Assembly: GCA_017475745.1 (NCBI GenBank)
Contig: JAFVEZ010000047.1
Location: 10,125 to 74,124, forward strand
DNA length: 64,000 nucleotides
DNA from: Selenomonadaceae bacterium
GTDB taxonomy: Bacteria; Bacillota; Negativicutes; Selenomonadales; Selenomonadaceae
Direction of reading: 5' to 3'
Below, one piece after another: positions 55,578 to 64,000 of this stretch. The notes under the pieces were generated by a model. The model saw only the letters and a list, made by a program, of their open reading frames with translations, ran no database searches and was not told the origin of the DNA. Position 1 is the stretch's first letter; every line of letters starts with the position of its first letter. The position numbers and the translations under genes are program-made.

Positions 55578-56579
55578 ATGGCTAATCTAACTAAAGACAA
55601 TATCGCTAAGAAACGAAAACTGCTTAACAAGCGGCGGAGGATTAAATTCTTTCGCTTCGTTTTTATGGTTATATTGCTTGGGTTGGCTGCCATTGCTGTT
55701 CTCTTTATCGGTGTCAGTGCCTACAATATCGGCAGTCACTTTGTCAATGAGTTTCAGACTATGTATCAAGGTTACAATGATCGCAAGACTGCGCGTCAAG
55801 GTAACCCTAACCCGCGCTTCGACGGCTACACTAATATTTTGATAATGGGTGTTGACGAAGGCGCAGCGGACGGTGAGGAGTCTCTTCCAAATGCTGATAC
55901 AATCCTGCTGTTGAGCTTCTCAAATGAGACTGGACGCTCAAGGATAATATCAATTCCTCGTAATACCTGGGTTACTCTTGGCGGTGGCGCGGGTGGCGGT
56001 GCTGGCCGAATTGGCAACATGTACCGAATGGGTGGTGCCAATATGATGGTGCGTCAAGTCTCTAATCTTCTCAACATTTCGATTCACCAATATATAATTA
56101 TTGATATGAGAACGTTTGCCGATCTTATTAATGTACTTGGCGGCTTGGATATATACGTTGAAGAGGATATGGATTACGACGATCCTGAGTCTGGACTTTC
56201 TATTCACTTACAGCAAGGTTATCAGCATCTCGACGGTGAAGAAGCACAGAAGTACTTGAGATTCAGAGGAGAGAAACTCGGCGATGTTGGAAGAGTACAG
56301 AGACAGCAGAAATTTATCAAGGCACTCTATGAGAAGGTGCTTCAACTTGAAACTATCCCTAAATTACCTGCTATTGCTGATATCTTCCAGCACCGAATGG
56401 AGACGAGTGCAGAGCTGTTTGATTCCGCTCATCTTGCCAATGTGCTTCGGAAGATGAGCAGTGATCCGCCAACGACGACAATGCTGCCGGGTATCGAGGA
56501 CGACGAAGGTATTTGGGAACCAAACTATGCACAGATTGACGCTAAGATCAATGAGCTGTTTCCGGACAGTCAACAGTAA
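55578..56579 (+). CDS. LytR-CpsA-Psr (LCP) family glycopolymer phosphotransferase
   Basis: It has an N-terminal TM anchor, 'NILIMGVD', 'ADTILLLSF' and 'ISIPRNTWV'. A Gly-rich insert 'GGGAGGGAG' is also present. Confidence 0.85.
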   Translation: MANLTKDNIAKKRKLLNKRRRIKFFRFVFMVILLGLAAIAVLFIGVSAYNIGSHFVNEFQTMYQGYNDRKTARQGNPNPRFDGYTNILIMGVDEGAADGEESLPNADTILLLSFSNETGRSRIISIPRNTWVTLGGGAGGGAGRIGNMYRMGGANMMVRQVSNLLNISIHQYIIIDMRTFADLINVLGGLDIYVEEDMDYDDPESGLSIHLQQGYQHLDGEEAQKYLRFRGEKLGDVGRVQRQQKFIKALYEKVLQLETIPKLPAIADIFQHRMETSAELFDSAHLANVLRKMSSDPPTTTMLPGIEDDEGIWEPNYAQIDAKINELFPDSQQ

Positions 56580-56599
56580 ATATAACGGAGGTGTGATAG

Positions 56600-58105
56600 A
56601 TGAACTCTGCAATACAACCTTCTCTTGAAGGCTTTAAAAGGTTTGCCGAAAAGTCTAACTTGATTGCAGTCTCGACAAACATTAATATGGATTTAGATAC
56701 GCCGGTGTCGATCTACTACAAGCTCGTCAATGAGGATAAGGGTTTTATACTTGAGTCAGTAGATACCACTCACCAAGCTTTCGGGCGTTACTCATTCATT
56801 GGCGCGGAGCCATTTGTACGCTTGCAGGTCTTCAAAGATAAGCTAATGATTAAGGAAGGCGACCTCATGAAATCCATTGAGGGCGATCCGGTCTCAACTA
56901 TAAATCGCTATATGTCTGCTTACAAACCTGCCAGGCTTGATAAAATTCTGCCACTTGCCAATGGCGGAATGGTCGGTTACTTTAACTTTGAGGTAGCTGC
57001 GACATTCGACAGAGTGCGCGGTGTAGAGCTTGGTGATGAGGAACTCTTGGGACAGTTTATGATCTGTAAAATCCTCGTTGTTTATGATGCTCTCAAGAAT
57101 TCTGCACAGTTGATCTACTTGGCTGATGTCCGCAACCGTGACAATCTTGATGAGTTCTACAATGAGATTGTCGATAAAATTAACGACTTGAAGTCAAAAC
57201 TTGCTGTGCCACTTAAATTGACTGAAGCTCACACTCAAAGATTGAAGGTCAGAAAAGATACAGTTGACTTCAATGCGAAATACGGAGAAGCACCACAAGA
57301 CTTCATTGACGCAATCAACAAAGCGAAGGAACATATCTTCGCCGGTGATATATTCCAAGTTGTGCCAAGCCGCCAATTCCGTGAGAAGATCACTAAACCA
57401 GCTTTCTTGTTCTATCGCAGGTTAAGACAGGTCAATCCTTCACCATATATGTTTTACTTCAACTTTGGCAGTGTAAAACTTGTCGGCGCCTCACCGGAAA
57501 TGTTAGTAAAAGTTGCAGGCTCAACGGTTTATACATATCCAATCGCTGGAACACGTCGTCGTGGACAGGACGAAGCAGAGGACGCGGCACTTGCTACTGA
57601 GCTTCAATCCGACATCAAGGAATGTGCTGAACACTCAATGCTTGTTGATCTCGCCCGCAATGATTTGGGCAGAATCAGTGAAGCAGGGACTGTCAAGGTG
57701 CCTAAATATCGGACGGTTGAGTATTTCTCTCACGTCATGCACATGGTCTCTAGTGTTACTGGTACATTACATAATAACTATACGCCAATGGACGTTTTAA
57801 AGGCCACTTTCCCAGCAGGTACAGTCAGCGGCGCTCCTAAGTTGAGAGCCATGGAGATAATCAACAGCCTTGAGCCTATCAAGCGCAATGCCTATGCTGG
57901 AACTGTAGGTTATATGGATTTCTGCGGTAATATGGATATGTGTATAACGCTTAGAACTATGAGAATTGAAAACGACGACACAGCTGTAATTCAAGCAGGT
58001 GCAGGGATAGTTGCCGATTCCGTTCCGATTAATGAATACAAGGAAATTCTCCAAAAAGCAAAGGCACTGTTTGAAGTTGTTGAGGAAGTTGAAAATGATG
58101 ATTGA
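56600..58105 (+). CDS. trpE: anthranilate synthase component I
   Basis: 'GFILESVD', 'FPAGTVSGAPKLRAMEII' and 'GAGIVADS' are present. The GTVSGAPK motif favours TrpE over PabB. Confidence 0.82.
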   Translation: MNSAIQPSLEGFKRFAEKSNLIAVSTNINMDLDTPVSIYYKLVNEDKGFILESVDTTHQAFGRYSFIGAEPFVRLQVFKDKLMIKEGDLMKSIEGDPVSTINRYMSAYKPARLDKILPLANGGMVGYFNFEVAATFDRVRGVELGDEELLGQFMICKILVVYDALKNSAQLIYLADVRNRDNLDEFYNEIVDKINDLKSKLAVPLKLTEAHTQRLKVRKDTVDFNAKYGEAPQDFIDAINKAKEHIFAGDIFQVVPSRQFREKITKPAFLFYRRLRQVNPSPYMFYFNFGSVKLVGASPEMLVKVAGSTVYTYPIAGTRRRGQDEAEDAALATELQSDIKECAEHSMLVDLARNDLGRISEAGTVKVPKYRTVEYFSHVMHMVSSVTGTLHNNYTPMDVLKATFPAGTVSGAPKLRAMEIINSLEPIKRNAYAGTVGYMDFCGNMDMCITLRTMRIENDDTAVIQAGAGIVADSVPINEYKEILQKAKALFEVVEEVENDD

Positions 58106-59261
58106 TGTAACTTCAACGATTGGAAGTAGATAAAATGCCTGCATATCGCGACGAAAAGACCAAAAATTGGTATGTGCAATTCAGATACACTGATTGGCAG
58201 GGTAAATCAAGAAGCACTACCAAACGAGGTTTCAAGACAAAGAAAGAAGCTCTTGCTTATGAATATGAGTTTAAATCTACTTCAAAAGAGCGAGTTGATA
58301 TGACTATTGCAGAGCTTTCCGAAAGATACCTTGAAGATAGAAAACTACACATTAAGCCCAGTAGATATGCTTCAATGGAACAAATAATACGAAATCATAT
58401 TCTGCCGTATATAGGCAACTTGAAGCTATCCGAATTAACACCTTTGACCATGAGACATTGGCAGAATGAGTTAATTATACAGAAGTTTTCACCTTCTTCC
58501 TTGGTTACATATCATCGTCAATGTTCAACATTGCTGAACTTTGGTGTTAAATATTATGGAATGAAAGAAAACCCTCTGAGAAAAATCGGCAGTATGGGTA
58601 AAATGGAAACTAGGGTCAATTTTTGGGAGCCTGAAGAGTTCCAGCAATTCATAGAAGCAGTGACTAATCCTAAATATAAATTGTGCTTTCTCTTGCTCTT
58701 TTACAGTGGAATGAGAGTTGGAGAATTATTAGCACTAAATGAAGGAGATTTTGATTTTACCAAGAATAAGATTAGTATAACTAAAAGTCTTATGCATGTT
58801 ACCAAGGAAATAACAACTCCGAAGACAGAATCCAGCGTTCGTGTAATAGAAATGCCCGTTGGTGTCATGCAAGAAGTCAAAAAGTACATTGACAGTCTTG
58901 AGGAAGTATCAAGCCCTTTATTTCAAGTGGCACCTCAAACATTATTGCAAGCATTACAACGGTATGCAAAAGTGGCAAATGTCAAGGAAATATGCCTTCA
59001 CGATCTTCGCCACAGCAATGCAAGTTTCCTCATACATGTCGGAATACCGATAACGACTATAAGCAAGCGACTTGGTCATAAATCACCAAATATAACCCTT
59101 GCAGTTTATTCTCATATGTATAGGGAAAGTGACGCTCAGGCCGCGAGGTTTTTACAAGAAAATTTTGTTCGTCAATCGTTCGTCAGTAAAGAATAATCTC
59201 CAAATTTCAATGGCAAAATTGTTTATTATTACAACGTTTATTTTAAGAGGAGCATTTTCTG
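58106..59261 (+). mobile_element. integrase-only insertion (or remnant of an integrative element) between trpE and trpG
   Basis: This 1.15-kb segment is more AT-rich by eye. It contains only the integrase gene and splits an otherwise adjacent trpE/trpG pair. I found no convincing flanking direct repeats. Confidence 0.4.
58135..59196 (+). CDS. int: tyrosine site-specific recombinase (phage/ICE integrase with AP2-like arm-binding N-terminus)
   Basis: The N-terminus is 'KNWYVQFRYTDWQGK...GFKTKKEALAYE'. The catalytic set looks intact: 'GMRVGELLAL' (Arg), 'HDLRHSNAS' (HxxR) and 'LGHKSPNITLAVYSHM' (His...Tyr). Confidence 0.88.
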   Translation: MPAYRDEKTKNWYVQFRYTDWQGKSRSTTKRGFKTKKEALAYEYEFKSTSKERVDMTIAELSERYLEDRKLHIKPSRYASMEQIIRNHILPYIGNLKLSELTPLTMRHWQNELIIQKFSPSSLVTYHRQCSTLLNFGVKYYGMKENPLRKIGSMGKMETRVNFWEPEEFQQFIEAVTNPKYKLCFLLLFYSGMRVGELLALNEGDFDFTKNKISITKSLMHVTKEITTPKTESSVRVIEMPVGVMQEVKKYIDSLEEVSSPLFQVAPQTLLQALQRYAKVANVKEICLHDLRHSNASFLIHVGIPITTISKRLGHKSPNITLAVYSHMYRESDAQAARFLQENFVRQSFVSKE

Positions 59262-59834
59262 ATGATTCTGTTGCTTGATAATTATGATTCGTTTACATAT
59301 AATGTCTACCAACAAGTCTCTGCACTCGGCGCGGAGGTTGAAGTTATTCGTAATGATAAAATTGATTTAAATGAAATAGATAATAATCGTTATAATGCTG
59401 TAATTATTTCTCCGGGTCCGGGCGTTCCAAAAGATGCAGGCATAACGGAGCAGTTGATTAATAGGTTTAAGAGTGTACTTCCAATTTTAGGCATTTGCCT
59501 TGGTCATCAAGCTATTGGTGAAGTTTTTGGTGGCAAAGTTGTTCGGAATAAAGAGATTGTTCATGGTAAGACTTCGCCGCTTCGCCATAATGGTAAAGGC
59601 CTTTATCAAGGATTGCCGCAAAATGTTGAGATTGGACGTTATCATTCGTTGATAATTGAGCGCGAAAGCTTGCCAGACTGTCTGGAGATCACCAGCGAAC
59701 TTGAGGACGGCACTATAATGGGCGTTCGTCATAAGGAATATGATGTTGAGGGTATCCAATTTCATCCCGAATCTATTTTGACTATTGACGGCAATAAGAT
59801 GATGCAAAATTTCTTAAAACATGTCGGTCGTTGA
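59262..59834 (+). CDS. trpG: anthranilate synthase component II (glutamine amidotransferase)
   Basis: 'ILLLDNYDSFTYN', 'GICLGHQ' and 'GIQFHPES' are present. Confidence 0.88.
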   Translation: MILLLDNYDSFTYNVYQQVSALGAEVEVIRNDKIDLNEIDNNRYNAVIISPGPGVPKDAGITEQLINRFKSVLPILGICLGHQAIGEVFGGKVVRNKEIVHGKTSPLRHNGKGLYQGLPQNVEIGRYHSLIIERESLPDCLEITSELEDGTIMGVRHKEYDVEGIQFHPESILTIDGNKMMQNFLKHVGR

Positions 59835-59836
59835 GT

Positions 59837-60775
59837 ATGAATATAATAATAAATATGTTGTCACGAAATTTTGTGATGATTCTCGACGGAGCCCTTGCAA
59901 CGGAGCTCGAAAAACGCGGTTTTAACATCAATGATAAACTATGGTCGGCAAAAGCTCTAATCGAAGCACCGGATTTAATTAAATCTGTACATTTGGATTA
60001 TTTGAAAGCTGGAGCGAACATAATAACAAGCGCGAGTTATCAAGCAACGATTGAAGGATTTATGAAGCATGGTTTGTCGCATGATAAAGCAGTAGATTTG
60101 ATTAAGTTATCGGTCGAGCTTGCAAAAGAAGCGTGCAAAGAATTTAAAAATAAATTTGTCGCAGCGTCGATTGGACCCTATGGAGCGTTCTTGGCGGACG
60201 GGTCTGAGTATCGCGGCGATTATTTAATTGGTTACAATCAACTAAGAGAATTTCATGATGAGCGCATGGCGATTTTAGCTTCCACTAATCCTGATCTCTT
60301 CGCCTGTGAAACTATTCCTTGTTTTGTTGAAGCTAGGGCTATAGTCGATGAATTAAAAAAATATCCAAAGTTTTGTGCTTGGATTTCGTTTTCTTGTAGG
60401 GACGGTAAACATATTAGCAATGGTGAATTGATTGCGGATTGTGCAGCTTGGCTTGATACTCAATCTCAAGTTGCAGCTATTGGAGTAAATTGTACGGCAC
60501 CTGAGTATATTGAATCGCTCATCAAAGAGATTAGAAAATCCTCTTCCAAGCCAATCATTGTCTATCCTAATTCCGGTGAAGTGTTTGACGTTCAAACCGA
60601 AACTTGGCAAGGATCGCCTGTTTCCTTTGCTGACTATGCAAAGATTTGGTATGAGACGGGTGCAAGAATTATAGGTGGTTGTTGCCGAACGACACCACAA
60701 ACAATCCAAAGTATAAGCAAAGCTCAATGGTATCAAAAGATAAGGAATGATTATAATGAAAATAGCTATAACTGA
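59837..60775 (+). CDS. mmuM: homocysteine S-methyltransferase
   Basis: 'ILDGALATELEKRGF', 'SASYQAT' and 'GGCCRTTP' (zinc ligands) are present. The exact start is uncertain (59831-59876). Confidence 0.85.
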   Translation: MNIIINMLSRNFVMILDGALATELEKRGFNINDKLWSAKALIEAPDLIKSVHLDYLKAGANIITSASYQATIEGFMKHGLSHDKAVDLIKLSVELAKEACKEFKNKFVAASIGPYGAFLADGSEYRGDYLIGYNQLREFHDERMAILASTNPDLFACETIPCFVEARAIVDELKKYPKFCAWISFSCRDGKHISNGELIADCAAWLDTQSQVAAIGVNCTAPEYIESLIKEIRKSSSKPIIVYPNSGEVFDVQTETWQGSPVSFADYAKIWYETGARIIGGCCRTTPQTIQSISKAQWYQKIRNDYNENSYN

Positions 60776-61511
60776 TTATGACGGTACCCTCAGAGACTTA
60801 AAGAGTGGTATTGTTCCACAATCCAACATTGAAGCAATCCAAAGATGGCGCAAAGCTGGCAACAAATTCGGCATTGCAACAGGTAGAAATATCAGTATGC
60901 TTGATTTTGAGCTGAAGAACTATGACATCACGCTTGATTTTGTCGTCTGTGTCAATGGCGCAGTTGTCCTCGACAAAGAACGCAATATCCTCCACAGTGT
61001 CAAGATTCCGCCTTCAGTGGTCAAAGAGTTTATAAAATTACCGCTTGTGACGGACTCTGATAATCAAATTATTGTCTTTTGTGAGAGAAAGATTTTTTCA
61101 ATTCGTCCTTATTCAGAAATGCCAATCGAATTGGTACCCAAAATCCCTTTTGATGAGCTTGCCAAACGTGAAGATGTAGTTCAATTTGGAATTAAATTTA
61201 AGACTGCTGAAGAATCACTCAAAATGAAAGAGCATTTACCAAAGATATTCCCCATGCTCGGCGGCAACCCTAATAGGAACTACCTTGATATTAACATGAG
61301 CGGTGTAGACAAGAAGTATGGAATATCTCAACTTTTAAAGATAATGGATTGGCAAAATTGTCCGCTGTTCGTAATTGGTGATGATTCCAATGATTTGCCG
61401 ATGATTGGAGAATATAAGGGCTATACAGTAAAAACTGCCGCTCCATTTATGCATGAAGCAGCAGTCAAAGTCTACGATTCCGTCGGTGATATGCTTATCA
61501 ACAATCTTTAA
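60756..61511 (+). CDS. HAD-IIB (Cof-type) phosphatase
   Basis: 'ITDYDGTL' is motif I and 'GDDSNDLPM' is motif IV. AAGGAA lies 9 nt before the ATG at 60756. Confidence 0.8.
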   Translation: MKIAITDYDGTLRDLKSGIVPQSNIEAIQRWRKAGNKFGIATGRNISMLDFELKNYDITLDFVVCVNGAVVLDKERNILHSVKIPPSVVKEFIKLPLVTDSDNQIIVFCERKIFSIRPYSEMPIELVPKIPFDELAKREDVVQFGIKFKTAEESLKMKEHLPKIFPMLGGNPNRNYLDINMSGVDKKYGISQLLKIMDWQNCPLFVIGDDSNDLPMIGEYKGYTVKTAAPFMHEAAVKVYDSVGDMLINNL

Positions 61512-61513
61512 GA

Positions 61514-62821
61514 TTAATCTATACAAGGACAAGCCGGCTTATCAAAATATTCACTAATGATCTTAACAGCGCAGTACTCACCACACATGGAGCAGGTTTC
61601 TTCATTAGCTTCATTGCGAGCGCTGCGCTTCTTCTTTGCAAATTCCGGATCGATTGCAAGCTCTATTTGAGTCTCCCAATCAAGCACCTTGCGCGCCTTG
61701 GCCATTTGTAAATCCCATTCCTTGGCACCTTTGACGCCCTTGACAATATCCGCAGCGTGAGCAGCAATCCTCGAAACTATAACACCGTCATGAACATCTT
61801 GAATCGTTGGCAGCGCAAGATGTTCAGCAGGTGTCACATAGCAGAGGAAATCTGCACCACTGACAGCCGCAAGAGTGCCGCCGATAGCCGCAGTGATGTG
61901 GTCATAACCAGGCGCAATGTCAGTGACAAGAGGCCCAAGCACATAGAAAGGTGCATTGCGACAAAGGCGCTTTTCAAGTTTCATATTCGCTTCAATTTGG
62001 TCAAATGGCACATGCCCAGGACCCTCAACCATTACCTGAACACCGCGCTTCCAAGCTCTGTCGACAAGTTCGCCTAGTGTAATTAACTCTGTCAACTGAC
62101 CGCGATCAGTGGCATCAGCAATGCAACCCGGTCTCATACCGTCACCAAGGCTGATTGTAACATCGTACTTCTCGCAAATGTCAAGAATGTCATCATAGCG
62201 CTCAAAGAATGGATTCTCTTTCTCATTGTGGAGTATCCACGCGGCAATGAATGAACCACCGCGGCTTACTATATCCATCTCTCGCTTTTGTCGACGCATT
62301 CTCTCGATTGCTTCACGTGAGACACCGCAGTGGATTGTCATAAAATCAGCACCGTCTTTAGCCTGTGTCTCAATGGTTTTCAAAATATCTTCTTCAGTCA
62401 TTGCAACAACCGCGCCGTGTTCACGAATTGCCTTGACTGTTGCCTGATAAATCGGCACTGTACCAACCATGATAGTTGAGTGTTCGATTATTTTTTTGCG
62501 TGAAATGTCGATATTGTTGCCTGTCGACAAATCCATTACTGAGTCAGCACCGCATTTGATTGCTTCGTCGAGTTTCTCAAGTTCAGGTTCAATATCTGGA
62601 AAAGTGCTTGAAGTGCCAATATTGGCATTAACTTTAGTTTTGAGTCCTTCACCTACTCCGCAAGGTTTTAGCGAAGTATGGTTGATATTAGCGCAAATTG
62701 CTATCTTACCGCAAGCCACGCCTTGACGAATTTGCTCAGATGACAGTCCTTCATTCTCCGCGACGATTTTCATTGCTTCAGTGATTTTACCCTCACGGGC
62801 AAGCTGCATTTGTGTTGCCAT
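61514..62821 (-). CDS. thiC: phosphomethylpyrimidine synthase
   Basis: The radical-SAM ThiC family is indicated by 'VMVEGPGHVP' and the C-terminal cluster 'CSMCGEYCAVK'. Confidence 0.95.
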   Translation of the reverse strand: MATQMQLAREGKITEAMKIVAENEGLSSEQIRQGVACGKIAICANINHTSLKPCGVGEGLKTKVNANIGTSSTFPDIEPELEKLDEAIKCGADSVMDLSTGNNIDISRKKIIEHSTIMVGTVPIYQATVKAIREHGAVVAMTEEDILKTIETQAKDGADFMTIHCGVSREAIERMRRQKREMDIVSRGGSFIAAWILHNEKENPFFERYDDILDICEKYDVTISLGDGMRPGCIADATDRGQLTELITLGELVDRAWKRGVQVMVEGPGHVPFDQIEANMKLEKRLCRNAPFYVLGPLVTDIAPGYDHITAAIGGTLAAVSGADFLCYVTPAEHLALPTIQDVHDGVIVSRIAAHAADIVKGVKGAKEWDLQMAKARKVLDWETQIELAIDPEFAKKKRSARNEANEETCSMCGEYCAVKIISEYFDKPACPCID

Positions 62822-62848
62822 CTTAATCTCTCCTTCACTTTATCTATT

Positions 62849-63616
62849 TTAATCATGCAAAAAGCCCGTTAAAGGATCAGAAGCAGAGGCACCGCGTGTC
62901 AGTATTCGTCCAAGTCCCGCAAGATAAGCTTTGCGACCTGCTTCGATAGCCTGTCTGAATGATGACGCCATAAGCGAAAGGTTGCCCGCCGTTGCCAAGG
63001 CGGTGTTTGCCATTATCGCTGCTGCGCCCATTTCCATTGCTTCACAAGCCTGCGATGGTCGACCTATTCCTGCGTCGACTATGATCGGCAATTCAATCTC
63101 ATCAATCAAAATCTGAATGAAGTCACGCGTTGCAAGCCCTTTATTTGATCCAATCGGTGCTGCCAATGGCATAACCGCTGCTGCTCCGACTTTCACTAAT
63201 TCGCGTGCAACATTGAGATCGGGATACATGTACGGCATAACGACAAAATCTTCTGCCGCCAATATTTCAGTTGCCTTAATTGTCTCGTAGTTGTCCGGCA
63301 GTAAATACTTGGAATCACGCATGATCTCAATCTTCACGAAGTCGCCGCAACCTAGTTCGCGTGCTAACTTTGCGATTCTTACCGCTTCTTTAGCATCGCG
63401 GGCACCGGAAGTATTAGGTAATAACGTCACATTCTTGGGTATGTAGTCAATGATATTTTCATGCTCTTTAGTGTTTGCCCTGCGGACAGCGACAGTAATA
63501 ATCTCTGCTCCGGCATCTTTGATAGCTGATTCAATTAACTTCATTGAGTACTTGCCGGAACCGAGAATAAATCTTGAATTAAACTCATGTCCACCGATAA
63601 TTAATTTGTCTTCCAT
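62849..63616 (-). CDS. thiG: thiazole synthase
   Basis: '[12 protein letters not shown]', 'VKIEI', '[11 protein letters not shown]' and 'VDAGIG.PS' are present. Confidence 0.93.
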   Translation of the reverse strand: MEDKLIIGGHEFNSRFILGSGKYSMKLIESAIKDAGAEIITVAVRRANTKEHENIIDYIPKNVTLLPNTSGARDAKEAVRIAKLARELGCGDFVKIEIMRDSKYLLPDNYETIKATEILAAEDFVVMPYMYPDLNVARELVKVGAAAVMPLAAPIGSNKGLATRDFIQILIDEIELPIIVDAGIGRPSQACEAMEMGAAAIMANTALATAGNLSLMASSFRQAIEAGRKAYLAGLGRILTRGASASDPLTGFLHD

Positions 63617-63627
63617 TTAATCACCTC

Positions 63628-63754
63628 AAAATAAATGAGAGACCGCCAAAACAGGAAGTCTCTCAAATTTAAAATCCCTACGTTGGCATTATCCAAATCA
63701 GGTTTGGTCGAAGGTCGCACCTTCCTCTCAGCCTGTAACACAAGCTCCCATATA
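63628..63754 (-). promoter_or_regulatory. TPP (THI-box) riboswitch with terminator expression platform
   Basis: The minus strand reads 'GGGAGC..GGCUGAGAGG..ACC..AACCUGAUUUGGAUAAUGCCAACGUAGGGAU'. A hairpin GAGAGAC/GUCUCUC plus AUUUAUUUU follows, then the RBS GAGGUG and the thiG ATG. Confidence 0.88.
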
Positions 63755-63826
63755 TATTTACTTTTCAAATATGCTGATTGATATACTTTTCGCAATTAAG
63801 GTTAATCTATTACAATGCTAATGTTT

Positions 63827-64000
63827 TTACTGTTGATTATTGATTGTCCTGTTGAATCTGCTTGTGTCCATTGTGCGAGATTGGAATGGTTGAACCACGC
63901 TTGTCTCAGGACTTTCTTGAGGTTTCTTCTTTTTGTCTGCAAACGGATTAGGATCTTTGTCCGGTTTTTCCTTCTTAGTATCAGCAAGATAGACTGTTAA
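63827..64000 (-). CDS. 3' end of an unidentified gene continuing beyond the window
   Basis: The minus-strand frame is open from base 64000 to the TAA at 63829-63827. It encodes a Lys/Pro-rich tail '...KKEKPDKDPNPFADKKKKPQESPE...'. No assignment is possible. Confidence 0.3.
   Translation of the reverse strand, partial: LTVYLADTKKEKPDKDPNPFADKKKKPQESPETSVVQPFQSRTMDTSRFNRTINNQQ

Noticed and set aside
58100-59261. Flanking direct repeats (att sites) around the integrase, such as AACTTCAACG and AATTTCAATG.
   Set aside because: The similarity is short and imperfect, at a level expected by chance in AT-rich DNA.
61531-61540. The perfect palindrome AAGCCGGCTT at the converging thiC/HAD gene ends as a bidirectional terminator.
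   Set aside because: It has no loop and no flanking U-tract, and it lies inside the thiC coding sequence. It is too short to form a stable hairpin.
63601-64000. Track ORFs 63601-63795(-), 63802-63987(-) and 63815-64000(+).
   Set aside because: The first overlaps the TPP riboswitch. The other two are out of frame with the only frame that stays open to the window edge, and they have no RBS.

Overview
This looks like a chromosomal window from a low-GC diderm Firmicute, probably Negativicutes-like. That placement is an inference from two things: Firmicute synteny (rpsF-ssb-rpsR, yybS-gdpP, rqcH, Bacillus-type sdhCAB) and the presence of lptB. Coding is dense, with about 60 protein genes. I saw no rRNA, tRNA or CRISPR. 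Most of the window is housekeeping: prs, metG, ileS, argD, bioA, fumAB-sdhCAB, proBA-nadD-yqeK, trpE/trpG, thiG-thiC behind a clear TPP riboswitch, ndk and deoD. Four regions stand out. (1) An AT-rich block of about 15 kb (22.0-37.5 kb), all on the minus strand, carries a CDP-glycerol/CDP-polyol type glycan locus. It has three TagF-like domains, two cytidylyltransferases (one fused to a Gfo/Idh/MocA oxidoreductase), two GT2 genes, one GT9-like gene and one DUF5672-like gene. A three-gene operon with no domains I can recognise sits directly upstream and has its own promoter. (2) An orphan fliG-fliH pair lacks fliF and fliI neighbours. The fliH stop overlaps the start of an iron-complex-type ABC importer, and the shared promoter carries a Fur-box-like palindrome. 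(3) A lone, intact tyrosine integrase is wedged between trpE and trpG. (4) A 3D-domain cell-wall gene has a structured leader and a phased array of direct repeats. All calls rest on reading the translations and DNA by eye. No database search or computation was run.
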